Shown: in pieces, positions 45,833-56,384 of the stretch | Numbering within the stretch: position 1 is the first letter of the stretch | Layout of the letters: every line of letters begins with the position of its first letter | Virus record (IMG/VR): IMGVR_UViG_3300034069_002177 | Location: 64,001-128,000 of that record | Direction: 5' to 3' (one strand) | DNA from: a virus | Taxonomy: Duplodnaviria; Caudoviricetes | Length of the DNA: 64,000 nt | Notes under the pieces: model-generated | Database searches by the model: none | Told to the model about the DNA's origin: nothing | Seen by the model: only the letters and a program-made list of their open reading frames with translations | Position numbers and translations under genes: made by a program

Positions 45833-47047
45833 TCACTGATTGTCGCAGAGGCTAAATAGACCCTCACAATTAGAGCTTTTAGGTGTGTCGGAAGTGGGTG
45901 GCGTAGTTGCTACAGGTGCTTCAGAGGTAGCGGTAGGATTGGGTTCTGCCGTAGCGGGCGTGCTAGGGGTAGCAGAGGGACTCACTGTGGGCTCGCTTGC
46001 TACCTTGACAACAATAGGAGAGCCGCCATTTCCAAAAGTAGCCATCTTGATGTCGGTAACAACGGTGTTGACTGGTACGTCGAAGTAAACCGTTCCAGTG
46101 ACTGATTCATCCGCAGCCAACTTGGAAATGACGTTGGAACCGCCCACGTCACCATACTGAGAATTTCCGTTATAGCTCTTGTTTGCTTCCGAGATGATGG
46201 AAAACCGCTGTGTTGATAGCGTCAAGATGGAACCAGAAACATTTTTGGCGGTGAAGTCGAGTTGGCACCATGCGCCATTAGAAGCCTTGACAGATGCACC
46301 ATTCATATCCTTTGCCGCGACATCACACTTGATGCTTTGTGCTGTCATTTGCATCCCGTCCACTGTCGTTCCAAATTTGCCTACACTAGTTGTCAGCAGC
46401 GGGGTCCAGTCTGCTGCGACCGTGGATTTAGAAGGTTTAGGAGCGCTACTTTTAGATGGCTGAGAGGTCGTTACCGTGGGCTTGTCAGGTGCCTTATCTT
46501 TGGAACCGCCTGTGATGGAACCAATGACGCTGACGATAATAATGATGACAATGATGAGGAGTGCGATGGAGGCACCGCCAACAAGAATCTTTTTCTTCTT
46601 GTCCAGTTCCATGAACTGTGTTTTCAGGGCATTGAACTGATACTTCTCGGGTAACGAGAAACGAGATTTTGGCTTATCGCCGCTATCGTCCATAACATCA
46701 TCGTCATCAAGCATTTCTTCGTCACTATCGACTTCATCGAAGGTAGGCTCGGGTCTTCCACCTCGACGCCTGTCGCGAGGATCGGGGTTGCGGGAATCAT
46801 CTTCGCCCCTATCCATCCGATTTTGCTGTGGACGCCGAGGTCGTTCTTCTACCGGTTCTTGATTAGCATAGTTATCTCTCCTGTTTCGATTAGGAACCTC
46901 GGTGGCATTCAAATCCCATTCAGGATCCTCTGGACCACTTTCCGCCTCGGGCGCGTTTTTGGGCAGCGAACTAAGGTCTATCTCGTATTGATTAGACTTA
47001 CCTTTACCCACGGCGGGATCCGCGAATAGATCTTCATCTCTTGCCAT
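45833..47047 (-). CDS. membrane protein with DUF4352-like extracellular domain
   Basis: Acidic N-terminus, single TM, LDFTAKNVSG...LAADESVTGTVYFDVP. Confidence 0.75.
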   Translation of the reverse strand: MARDEDLFADPAVGKGKSNQYEIDLSSLPKNAPEAESGPEDPEWDLNATEVPNRNRRDNYANQEPVEERPRRPQQNRMDRGEDDSRNPDPRDRRRGGRPEPTFDEVDSDEEMLDDDDVMDDSGDKPKSRFSLPEKYQFNALKTQFMELDKKKKILVGGASIALLIIVIIIIVSVIGSITGGSKDKAPDKPTVTTSQPSKSSAPKPSKSTVAADWTPLLTTSVGKFGTTVDGMQMTAQSIKCDVAAKDMNGASVKASNGAWCQLDFTAKNVSGSILTLSTQRFSIISEANKSYNGNSQYGDVGGSNVISKLAADESVTGTVYFDVPVNTVVTDIKMATFGNGGSPIVVKVASEPTVSPSATPSTPATAEPNPTATSEAPVATTPPTSDTPKSSNCEGLFSLCDNQ

Positions 47048-47137
47048 TAACCTTCTCGATTCTTACCTGCGGAGTATATCCAGTCGCAACAATACAGTGC
47101 GATTTTATCGAAATGACACTAATCGGGTTGTACTATC

Positions 47138-47641
47138 ATGGATATGAATGCAGTAGCCAAGTTCAACACCAGGGTGTCCATCGAATCGAAGGTGCCCGCT
47201 ACTGCTCTGTTCAGCAAACTCCGAGAAATTCTCAGAATCAACCCTGCACTAGAAGCCGTTACTTACGCGACTGAACTCTATTTCGATCCAGATGATGATT
47301 TCATTGTTCAAGTGAACATGGAATTCGGTGAAGAAGATGGTCGCAAGCCGTTATTCGAAGATGGCGAAGACGAAGACTACGTTGACGAACATACACCCTA
47401 TGCTGAGATTACCCTTTCGACAGATACCGACTACAAAACCAAGTTGGGCGGAGCACCGAAAGACCTTCATTCTCTTGTTTTGTCGGAACTTTCCGAGTGG
47501 CTCGATGATCACAGCATTGAATGGGGATACTATTCCGACGCTGACAAAATGGGTCGCTGGATTTCTGGCGAGTTCCCTGTCAGATTTGGAAATCCAGACA
47601 AGGCTGACCTTGACGAGCTAGCTGTCGGCGGCATCAGTTAG
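47138..47641 (+). CDS. hypothetical acidic protein
   Basis: 167-aa ORF. Confidence 0.75.
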   Translation: MDMNAVAKFNTRVSIESKVPATALFSKLREILRINPALEAVTYATELYFDPDDDFIVQVNMEFGEEDGRKPLFEDGEDEDYVDEHTPYAEITLSTDTDYKTKLGGAPKDLHSLVLSELSEWLDDHSIEWGYYSDADKMGRWISGEFPVRFGNPDKADLDELAVGGIS

Positions 47642-47663
47642 TATTTAGAGTAGGAGGTCGTCA

Positions 47664-48578
47664 ATGAACGCCAAAGTACCTACCCCTATTGTCGATAAGA
47701 ACGGCAAGCGCACTACCGTCCACAAACGCACAGATGATGGCAAAAGTGGTCAAGGTCGCGCCGGTTCTGTAGCTGCTCCAAAACAGACTGTCGTAGAGCC
47801 AGAACGCAGTGAGTATGTAGCGCCGAACAGGGCTTCCTTGCAGAAACTCATTCGCTACAAAGGTGAAGTGATGACCTGGGGACAGCTTCTCGAAGAGCTT
47901 CAGCCTGTTGGTATCAGAAGGACTTTGGTTGGCGATGAGGCGCGACCTTCATGGGGTGCTGTACATTCCGATGACGAGAGCATCAGCACGGGAATCACCG
48001 CTCAGATAGCCAAGGATAGTGGTCTCGAAGATATCACCGAGCCCATAGATAGAGTGCGTGACGATCTCGCTGTTGCTCAGCGCAAGCTAGACAACGCGAC
48101 ATACGGCTTCAACATAAGGCGAACTCCTGACGAAATCAAGTACCGCGAACAAGTCAACAATTTGACTGCCGAACTTTTGGTTTTTGAACGTGATTCGGCA
48201 AAGGACAAGCTTGAAGGTATGGACTCTTCTGAGAAGATCGGCTACATGCTGAATTCCATTTGGGCGCAATCAAATTCGATGGCTCAGGTACTTGCTGAAG
48301 ATGAAGACATCGAAGTAGTAAGGGCACTAGCAGCATCAGATGCACGTAATTACCTTGATGTCGATTACCGCAAAAACCTCATCAACCACCCAGATGAGAA
48401 GGTACGGGAGAACTACATGACGGGTAATAACGGTCTTCCTGTAAACAAAATCTTCGACGTTGTTGAAAAAGACTCATCCCAGCTAGTTCGTGACGCTGCT
48501 CAGCAGCAGATTACCAGCAGAGGCTATGAAGTATACCGCGACGAGGGCGGCATGCTTCATATGAACACTCTGAAGTAA
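47664..48578 (+). CDS. hypothetical protein, DKNG-motif family, helical C-terminus
   Basis: RBS AGGAGG; TPIVDKNGKRTTVHKR. Confidence 0.85.
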   Translation: MNAKVPTPIVDKNGKRTTVHKRTDDGKSGQGRAGSVAAPKQTVVEPERSEYVAPNRASLQKLIRYKGEVMTWGQLLEELQPVGIRRTLVGDEARPSWGAVHSDDESISTGITAQIAKDSGLEDITEPIDRVRDDLAVAQRKLDNATYGFNIRRTPDEIKYREQVNNLTAELLVFERDSAKDKLEGMDSSEKIGYMLNSIWAQSNSMAQVLAEDEDIEVVRALAASDARNYLDVDYRKNLINHPDEKVRENYMTGNNGLPVNKIFDVVEKDSSQLVRDAAQQQITSRGYEVYRDEGGMLHMNTLK

Positions 48579-48580
48579 CC

Positions 48581-49297
48581 CTACAGAAGACCTTGCAGTG
48601 CAGAGTTGGCACGTGTGAGGTCTTCTTGGAAGTCCACTTCCATAGCCCCGATACCCATACGGGAGATATCCAACGGTAGGTAGTTGGAATCTCCTGTTTC
48701 GATAGCAAGTTCAATGCCTCGCTCGAAGTAGTCATTATCATCAACGACTTTCAGCTTCTGCATCAATGTCACCTTATTTCGCGGTGACACATAGTTGATT
48801 CCGACAGCTTCCCCCAGAGCCTGATTGATGCGTACCTTTTTGGATAGTTTGTGGATAAAACCGTATTCGTCTACCGTGTACTTTACTTCTTCGTCAGAAA
48901 CACTAGACGTATTGACGGCGACAAAAGATTGCTCTTCCATGATGAGGTGCCGAATGCGACTAAGTAGCGTCTCATCGAATACCACGTCGCCATTTAACCA
49001 AAGAACACCATTCTTGCGAGGGATAGCCTGAAGGGCACGGAAAAGAGACTTGGACGTGTTCGTCTGATCGTAACGCTCGTTGTAGATGAAACGCTCGGTC
49101 GGGAATGTTTCGACAATTTTTTCAAACTGGAAGCCGACTACGACATCAACCGCTTTCGGACCGAATTCGTCGTGAATGTTCTTCAGAGCACGACCCATGA
49201 TAGTGCTGCCATCTACTAATGGAGTAAGGGGTTTGGGAAATGGCATACCAAGACGTGTGCCATTGCCTGCCGCGAGAATAACGATTGATGTGCTCAT
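48581..49297 (-). CDS. sugar/choline-phosphate nucleotidyltransferase (NTP transferase)
   Basis: IVILAAGNGTRLGMPFPKPL, VVVGF, NTSKSL, LWLNGDV, EVDFQED. Confidence 0.9.
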   Translation of the reverse strand: MSTSIVILAAGNGTRLGMPFPKPLTPLVDGSTIMGRALKNIHDEFGPKAVDVVVGFQFEKIVETFPTERFIYNERYDQTNTSKSLFRALQAIPRKNGVLWLNGDVVFDETLLSRIRHLIMEEQSFVAVNTSSVSDEEVKYTVDEYGFIHKLSKKVRINQALGEAVGINYVSPRNKVTLMQKLKVVDDNDYFERGIELAIETGDSNYLPLDISRMGIGAMEVDFQEDLTRANSALQGLL

Positions 49298-49409
49298 GCC
49301 TCATCTTAGCAAGAAAACAATGGTCATGCTAGGCGGTAGTGTAGAGTGATACAAAACTGTGACCGTTACGAAAACAGACCTTATATGTAACGGTACGAGG
49401 GTGAAATTG

Positions 49410-50231
49410 ATGGCTAGCTGGCTCAAAAGATTCAAGTTCTCGATGCGGAGCGACCGTGCCGAGAACTCGATCATGCAAACAATCACTGTTGCTGTATCCG
49501 CAATTCTCATTGCAGCAGGTACATTGACCGCTCCTGGGCTCATTAACGGTCAGAAGGAAAACAACCTTCGCACCGAACTTGGCGACATGGCATTTGCCCA
49601 AACCGCTTGGGTTGCCGCGAAAGGTTCAGTCAACCAGAACTTCATTCCTAGCAATGGCGGCTCTGACAACTTAGCTCGCTGGAAGTACCCTTACGACTTC
49701 GATAAGACCGCCTTTAAGGAAAATCCTACGGTTCAATGGTGTTACAAAAACGAGTATGTAGTCAAGGCTACGACTAAAACCGGCAAGCAGTACGCAATCA
49801 CGTCTTCTAAGCCAGAAGCAGTACCGATCTCTCAGCTTGTGTTGCCCACAACTTGTAAGCCGGGTTACGTACCACCGGCTGATGTCACCCCGTCCGTACC
49901 TGACAAGATTACCGCTCCTACAGCTATTGCCAAAAACCTCGCCTTCTACAACGGCATTCAAAATCTTACGTGGACTGGTGTAGCATGCACTACTAATGTC
50001 ACCACTCCTGCCTACCAGATTCGCGTCAAGTTTGGAACCAACACCACTCTCGTAACGAACGCGTGGTCGAGCGCTACTAATCAGTCATTGGATTTCCTTG
50101 ATGACAACAACACTGTCTCGAACACAAAGACAACCTACTATGTTGCCTCAAAGTGCCGTTCTAACGATACTGGTGATCTTTCGGACAAGGAAACTGTCAG
50201 CACTCAGGTACTCACCTATACCGCTCCTTGA
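49410..50231 (+). CDS. type IV pilin-like N-terminus protein (paralog of 18017-19537)
   Basis: AENSIMQTITVAVSAILIAAGTLTAPGLIN shared N-terminus; different C-terminal domain. Confidence 0.7.
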   Translation: MASWLKRFKFSMRSDRAENSIMQTITVAVSAILIAAGTLTAPGLINGQKENNLRTELGDMAFAQTAWVAAKGSVNQNFIPSNGGSDNLARWKYPYDFDKTAFKENPTVQWCYKNEYVVKATTKTGKQYAITSSKPEAVPISQLVLPTTCKPGYVPPADVTPSVPDKITAPTAIAKNLAFYNGIQNLTWTGVACTTNVTTPAYQIRVKFGTNTTLVTNAWSSATNQSLDFLDDNNTVSNTKTTYYVASKCRSNDTGDLSDKETVSTQVLTYTAP

Positions 50232-50276
50232 CCAGGAATTGCTTTTTGACTCGAATGGGTTTACTATTGTCACCTG

Positions 50277-53210
50277 ATGATGGTATCCACACACGAGAAG
50301 CACGCTCTCCGAGTTGCGCGTAAGGCAGAAGACCTGTCTTACGCCGCGCGTTCGGTTTGGGGTAAGACCCAGCGTGGTAAAGATACGACCTTCTGGATGC
50401 CTCTTTACCGGCACTTGGCTGATACTGCACTCGTATCTGCGCGCCTTTACGATGAATACCTGCCGGATGCCGCCAAGCGAGATATTGCTCTTGCTCTGAA
50501 CAGCGAAGATGATGCGCGGACACTAGCTATTTTCCTTGCTGGAATTCACGACCTCGGTAAGTCATCGCCTGTTTTCCTTGCATCAGAAGATGATTACGTC
50601 AATGAACTCAATGATGCATTCATGGGCAAAAATGGTCTTCACGTGCCACGAGGTCTTGATAGATCTCTAATTCGACATGAAGTAATCTCAGCTATTCTCA
50701 TCAAGCGCTTCCTTCTCGAAGAAGGTGTCTCTGAGGCTGTAGCTGATTCTTGCGCAATCGTAGTCGGTAGTCATCACGGCAACCCCCTCTCTCACGAGCT
50801 TCTTGCGTCTTGTATCGGTCGAGAAGACATCATCGGAACTTCTGACCCAGCCTGGCTCGCCGTTCAGCGCGAAATCTTTGACTATGCCGCTGTCATCTCC
50901 GGGGCTAACAAGAGCTTCATTAATTGGCGAGACATGGAGATGTCACGTTCAGCAGAAACCATTCTTATGGGTTTCGTTGTAGCTGCTGACTGGGGTGCCT
51001 CTCAGGGTTTTGGCTGCAATATGTCTTTGAAATCCAAGACCCTCGACATCGACGTAAAGAAAGACACCAGCCGAGCGGTGGTTGCGCTCAACGCACTGCC
51101 TATTCCATCCAAGTGGACACCCTCTGTACCGCCCAACGCAGGGAGTGAATTCTTCCATACGAGATTTGGCTTCCCACCACGACCTGTACAGAAGGCTGCG
51201 CTTGATGCTGTTCGTCCAATGACAGACAGTGGGCTAATAATCATCGAAGCCCCAATGGGTGAAGGCAAAACGGAAGCCGCGCTCGCTGTTGCTGAGGTAA
51301 TGGCTCAGCAAACTGGTGCGTCAGGAGTATTTGTTGCACTACCCACCATTGCTACCTCAGACGCCATATTCAGCCGCGCCCGAAGCTGGGTTAGCAACCT
51401 TCCCGGAAGCCGCAGTGGCATGTCGATGTATCTTTCGCATTCCCGTTCCGGTCTCAACGGTAACTTCGCTGAACTACTAGATGCGGCTCGTGAAGAAGGC
51501 GTCGATGGTGGACACGTCAATAGGTGGCTGTCACAGGGAACCAAGCTGGGTCCGCTATCGAACTTCGTAGTCGGGACTATCGACCAAGTGCTTGTTTCGG
51601 CATTGGCATCAAGGCATGTCACGTTGCGACATCTAGCGCTCGCCAACAAGGTTGTAATTCTCGATGAGGTGCATGCATATGATGCGTATATGAACGTATT
51701 CCTGGCACGAGCGTTGCAATGGTTGGGTTATTACGGCGTTCCCGTCGTGCTTCTTTCGGCTACTTTGCCGACCGATATCCGCAAGGATCTGGTGGTGGCA
51801 TATAACGACGGCTTGAATTCGCGTCGGACGATGAGTGCACCTGTCAAGGAACTTCCTCTTACTTTGGACATCACTAAGATTGCAAAGTCCAAGCAGTCAC
51901 GTAATGACATTGGCGGTATTGACCTGAAGCCGTTGACAACTATTCGGTACCCTTTGATTTCCGTTCTGGACAAGAAAGGTGTGCATGTTCATCACACCGA
52001 AGGTGCATCGAGCAAGAATCCGCTCGCTCTGAATGTGCTTCCTGGCGGTGGTAACGACGAGACGCTCGCGAAGCGTCTTTCTGACCGACTCATCCACGGC
52101 GGGTGTATCGGAATCTTCCGTAATACGGTCGCTCGTTCTCAGCAGACCTATGACGCCATGAAGGCATACTTTGCGGAGCAAGAAATTCCTGTCGAGGTTC
52201 TTCTACTCCACTCGCGATTCATCGGGCTTGATCGCGCCGTCAAAGAACAGCGGCTCAACAACTATCTCGGCAAGGAATTTGCCAAACGACCTAAGCGGCT
52301 CATTGTAGTCGGAACACAGGTGATGGAACAGTCGCTTGATATCGATTTCGATGAAAGCATTTCGGACATTGCTCCTATTGACTCGCTGTTGCAGCGCGCG
52401 GGACGAACCCATCGCCACAACATCCCCAATCGTCCGCGCGTATTCACGGAACCAAGACTTTACATCGCTGGAGTCTCTAACTGGGATGAAGAAGAAGGTG
52501 GGGTGCCTGGTGTCAACCATGCCGCAGAAGCGATTTATCCACTCAAAACACTGTACCGAGCCGTTCACGCCCTGCGCCCTTACGCCCTAGATGACGAGAA
52601 GCGACTACAACTCCCTCGTGATATTTCTGCCTTGGTACGTCGTGGTTATGGCGACCGTGTTCGTCCGCCTGAAAGCTGGAAGGACGAATGGAAGGTAGCC
52701 GAGAAAGAATGGCGCGATCTCATCAAGGATAAACGGGATAAGGCTGACAGTAACTATCTCCTTCCCGCGCCTGAGACCGACATCCTTGACTGGCAAAGCC
52801 ATATCAGCAAGGGTGTTGGAGATAGCGAATCCAAAGCACTCGCGTCTGTCCGAGACATCGATGATGAGGAAGAGATCATCTTGCTCAAGTCGAATGGAAA
52901 GGGTCAGATCCAAACTCTCGATGGAGAGTTTGCTGGTGCTGGTCTCGCAGTTGATTTCGAGAGTAAACCTAATCACGAAACTGCACTTGCTATTGCGGCA
53001 AGCATGTTGCGTCTCCGGGCAAAAGAATTTGCTGCCCTTGACGCTGAGTCGGTTCTATTCGACACCGATCTGATTGGTGAATGGAAAGCGATTCCGATTC
53101 TACGTCACAAGAAAATTCTGGTGCTGCGAGAGAACATGGTTATCAACGGCAAGGGTTTTGCTGTGCAGTACAGCCATGACCGGGGTTTGGAAATGAAGGT
53201 GGTTAAGTGA
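50277..53210 (+). CDS. cas3: CRISPR-associated helicase/nuclease Cas3
   Basis: HD domain (HLADT, IHDLGK, HEVIS, SHHG, AADW); APMGEGKTE, DEVH, SAT, QRAGR. Confidence 0.96.
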   Translation: MMVSTHEKHALRVARKAEDLSYAARSVWGKTQRGKDTTFWMPLYRHLADTALVSARLYDEYLPDAAKRDIALALNSEDDARTLAIFLAGIHDLGKSSPVFLASEDDYVNELNDAFMGKNGLHVPRGLDRSLIRHEVISAILIKRFLLEEGVSEAVADSCAIVVGSHHGNPLSHELLASCIGREDIIGTSDPAWLAVQREIFDYAAVISGANKSFINWRDMEMSRSAETILMGFVVAADWGASQGFGCNMSLKSKTLDIDVKKDTSRAVVALNALPIPSKWTPSVPPNAGSEFFHTRFGFPPRPVQKAALDAVRPMTDSGLIIIEAPMGEGKTEAALAVAEVMAQQTGASGVFVALPTIATSDAIFSRARSWVSNLPGSRSGMSMYLSHSRSGLNGNFAELLDAAREEGVDGGHVNRWLSQGTKLGPLSNFVVGTIDQVLVSALASRHVTLRHLALANKVVILDEVHAYDAYMNVFLARALQWLGYYGVPVVLLSATLPTDIRKDLVVAYNDGLNSRRTMSAPVKELPLTLDITKIAKSKQSRNDIGGIDLKPLTTIRYPLISVLDKKGVHVHHTEGASSKNPLALNVLPGGGNDETLAKRLSDRLIHGGCIGIFRNTVARSQQTYDAMKAYFAEQEIPVEVLLLHSRFIGLDRAVKEQRLNNYLGKEFAKRPKRLIVVGTQVMEQSLDIDFDESISDIAPIDSLLQRAGRTHRHNIPNRPRVFTEPRLYIAGVSNWDEEEGGVPGVNHAAEAIYPLKTLYRAVHALRPYALDDEKRLQLPRDISALVRRGYGDRVRPPESWKDEWKVAEKEWRDLIKDKRDKADSNYLLPAPETDILDWQSHISKGVGDSESKALASVRDIDDEEEIILLKSNGKGQIQTLDGEFAGAGLAVDFESKPNHETALAIAASMLRLRAKEFAALDAESVLFDTDLIGEWKAIPILRHKKILVLRENMVINGKGFAVQYSHDRGLEMKVVK

Positions 53211-55261
53211 CATCGTTCAACCTTGTTGATGAGCCTTGGATTCCAGTCAATCTGATTAGCGGTGAGGGTGTTGACGTTTCACTAAGAGATCTCTTTGCCC
53301 GCTCTCGTGATATTCGCTCTATCGAGTGTGACAACCCGATGCAGACCGCAGCGGTGGTGAGACTGGTACTTGCTGTAATGTACCGGGCTCTTACGCCTTT
53401 GTTTCTGGCGCAGAAGAATCACGCTAAAAACGCCGATGTCACTCTCTGGAAAATGCTGTGGGACGACGAGACGGGCACACTTGCCAACACAATCGACAGC
53501 TATCTCGAAACATGGAAGAATCGCTTCGATCTATTCGATGCCAAGCGCCCTTTCTACCAAATCGCTGACTTGGAATACAGCAGCGCCGATGAAAGCAATC
53601 GAGGCGAAATCAAGCGCAGCCTTGGAAAGATGATGCCTGACGGTGACATCATCAGCGTTTTCAAGAACAGCGATTTTGCTGCTAAGGTGAGTTATGCAGA
53701 AGCGGCGCGTATTCTCATTGGCTACCATTCGTGGTCAACTCTCGCTCCACTCAGTCCTGTGGTGGGTATTTACCCGGATGACGAGCTAGCTATTTCACGA
53801 CTGTATCCCAAAGGTCATCGCGGTTGGTGTTCTTCAATCGGGATCACCCTCATGGTAGGTCGCAATTTCTATGAGACGGCGATGCTCAACTTCGTCCCCA
53901 GCCAACTCAATTTCAAAGATGTACCTTTCTGGGAAGAGGCTAAGGCTCGAAAAGTGCCGATCCTCTATGAAATGCCAGATGGTCTCGCCAAGCCCATCCT
54001 CAAATCTCGCAATGCCAAACCTGTTGGTCAGGTACAGCTTTTCGTTTGGTTCGCTAAGAGCGTTCGACTAATTCCCGAAAACGGTAAAGTCGTTGCGGCT
54101 ATTTCATCCGAGCACGATTCACTGAGTTCCCGAAGCTCCAATGTACACATGGCTCGACACCATGAAACTCAAACTGCTTGGCGCGAAACGGAGAAAGGTG
54201 AGATGGCGGCGTATCACTTTGTCAGCGACTCGGTTTGGCAGAACATTCCCGCAGTGCTTCCCAAGACTCGTGATGGATTCCTTGCCCCACTCAACGTTAC
54301 ATGGTCGGCAAAGGTCGTCAACTTACTCGGTATTCGGCTACCCGCACGAATTCGCATTATCGGAGCGAGTACCGATGATCGTGCGCAAACATTTCGAGGC
54401 GTTATTGACAAGAGCGTTACCATCTCGTCTTTGTCCAAACTGGATAATCCCGTTGTCACAGCCCGTATTGCAGATACTGCCGAAACGTTGACGAAAATGG
54501 TTAGGACTTACTACTACGGCTTTGCACGCGATGTCCTCTCTACCAAGTACGGGGAGGTGTCCAGCATCCTTTTAGATGCCCTTATGTCGCCAGCTAACGT
54601 TGTCTTGGACAAGTCCTTCGTCTCTTTGTTCCGGCTCGCTACAGACCCGAATGAGCCGAACGTTGATACTGTTATCGATGGCTTGGTCGAACACTTGATC
54701 GAGCTATCTCAGGAAGTAGCCAATGATTCAAACGGAACTGACTTGCTGGGAAAATGGCACCACATCAACGGAGAAAACAAGCTTCTTTCGATTGCTGCCT
54801 CACGCGCAAGATTGTTACGGGGAATTCAGCCCGAACGCAAGAAATCGTTTGGAAAACTGACCGAAGATGCTGGGTTTGTAAGGTGGGCGATCAATAAGAA
54901 CCTCGCCAGCAAAAAGCTGAGCCCCGAAGAGTCCGACTTGGATGAGTTCGTGTTGGGGTTCTGGTCTGGGCGGAAAAATCTACCCAGCGGTGCTCCCGTC
55001 CATATCGTCGAGAAGACTCCTTATGACTCTTTTTCGGTATTGCGCAAGAGTGATGGCGCAGCCTTCGATGAGAGAGTTTCTGACCTTTTCGATGCCAAAG
55101 ATGATGCAACCATCAAGGAGTCCTTACGTCGTCTGGCGGGTGTGGCTAATTCGCAGGGTTATCCGATGGATTTCGGAACTCTCGCGGCTATTGGGAAGTC
55201 GATTCACAATCCCGAACTACGTCTAGAAATCGCGCAAGATATAGCAGACCGCCGTAAGTGA
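53207..55261 (+). CDS. cas8e: type I-E Cas8e (Cse1/CasA) with C-terminal Cas11 (Cse2)-like extension
   Basis: FNLVDEPWIPV...SLRDLF, RFDLFDAKRPFYQ; final ~140 aa ending ERVSDLFDAKDD..IKESLRRLAG....QGYPMDFGTLA; no separate cse2 ORF. Confidence 0.88.
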   Translation: MTSFNLVDEPWIPVNLISGEGVDVSLRDLFARSRDIRSIECDNPMQTAAVVRLVLAVMYRALTPLFLAQKNHAKNADVTLWKMLWDDETGTLANTIDSYLETWKNRFDLFDAKRPFYQIADLEYSSADESNRGEIKRSLGKMMPDGDIISVFKNSDFAAKVSYAEAARILIGYHSWSTLAPLSPVVGIYPDDELAISRLYPKGHRGWCSSIGITLMVGRNFYETAMLNFVPSQLNFKDVPFWEEAKARKVPILYEMPDGLAKPILKSRNAKPVGQVQLFVWFAKSVRLIPENGKVVAAISSEHDSLSSRSSNVHMARHHETQTAWRETEKGEMAAYHFVSDSVWQNIPAVLPKTRDGFLAPLNVTWSAKVVNLLGIRLPARIRIIGASTDDRAQTFRGVIDKSVTISSLSKLDNPVVTARIADTAETLTKMVRTYYYGFARDVLSTKYGEVSSILLDALMSPANVVLDKSFVSLFRLATDPNEPNVDTVIDGLVEHLIELSQEVANDSNGTDLLGKWHHINGENKLLSIAASRARLLRGIQPERKKSFGKLTEDAGFVRWAINKNLASKKLSPEESDLDEFVLGFWSGRKNLPSGAPVHIVEKTPYDSFSVLRKSDGAAFDERVSDLFDAKDDATIKESLRRLAGVANSQGYPMDFGTLAAIGKSIHNPELRLEIAQDIADRRK

Positions 55262-55310
55262 TTTGACACGACGACTACACTCAGATACCCTTCCGTCAGG
55301 AGAACCATCA

Positions 55311-56381
55311 ATGACAACTTTCATCAACATCCACGCCATTCAAAGCCTTCCTCCATCGTCGCTTAACCGTGATGACAGCGGAGTTCCTAAGAAGGCACTG
55401 TTCGGCGGTACAGAACGCGTTCGGGTTTCTTCTCAGTCATGGAAGTTCGCTATTCGAAAGTTCTTTTCTGATAACTACGACTCCAGCTATATTGGGTGTC
55501 GGACGACTCAGCTTCCTGTGGAGTTCGAAAAGGCTCTACGGTCAATCCGACCCGAAGCCGATGATGCACTGGTGAAAAAGCTGACGAAGACAGTTTTGGG
55601 AGTAGCCGAGAAAACCGAAGAAGACGGGGCGGGATTCGAGCCTGGTTCGGTTGCGGGTTCTAAGATGATTGTCTTCTATAGCCCCGCGCAGTTAGAGGCG
55701 CTCGTTACCATCGCCATCGAGGTGGTTGACGGAAAACGAAAAGGTGTCACTGTTTCTGAGATCAAAGAAGCATTGGTTGGCAAGAACACTGTCGATATCG
55801 CCCTGTTTGGGAGAATGATGACGGCTCAGGCGGAACTAAGTGTTGATGCTGCGGCAAATGTTGCTCACGTCATCGGAGTTGATAAATATGAGTCGCAACG
55901 TGACTCCTTTGTGGGTTTAGACGACAACCTCGGTAAGGCAAAAATCCTGGGCTCCATTGACTTCGTATCTTCGGTCGTCTACCGATACGCATGTATCGAT
56001 GCTGATTCACTCACCAAGAACCTTGATGGTGACAAGACGTTCTCGGCGGAGGCGGCTGGTGCATTTATCAATGCATTCATTCGGTCCATGCCATCGGGTA
56101 AGCAGTCTAGCTTCGCGGCTCATACCCTCCCCAGTTTCGTTCTCGTAACACTTTCAGATAATCAGCCACTCTCGCTTGCTAGTGCCTTCACTCGGGTAAT
56201 TAGCGGCGACGACATTGAAAACGACGCTATTGACGCCCTGGTGGAGAATGCGATGATGATCTCCGATAACTATGGGGAACCGATTGCTGCATTCACGTTG
56301 CATGATGGAACGCATGATATTCCTTTTGCGAAGAAGGTTTCGCTGCCCGACCTAGTTGACTCTGTGAAGAAAGCTTACTAA
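55311..56381 (+). CDS. cas7: type I-E Cas7 (CasC/Cse4)
   Basis: INIHAIQSLPPSSLNRDDSGVPK...RVRVSSQSWK, DIALFGRM, DAAANVAH, SSVVYRY, PSGKQSSFAAH. Confidence 0.96.
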   Translation: MTTFINIHAIQSLPPSSLNRDDSGVPKKALFGGTERVRVSSQSWKFAIRKFFSDNYDSSYIGCRTTQLPVEFEKALRSIRPEADDALVKKLTKTVLGVAEKTEEDGAGFEPGSVAGSKMIVFYSPAQLEALVTIAIEVVDGKRKGVTVSEIKEALVGKNTVDIALFGRMMTAQAELSVDAAANVAHVIGVDKYESQRDSFVGLDDNLGKAKILGSIDFVSSVVYRYACIDADSLTKNLDGDKTFSAEAAGAFINAFIRSMPSGKQSSFAAHTLPSFVLVTLSDNQPLSLASAFTRVISGDDIENDAIDALVENAMMISDNYGEPIAAFTLHDGTHDIPFAKKVSLPDLVDSVKKAY

Positions 56382-56384
56382 GTC

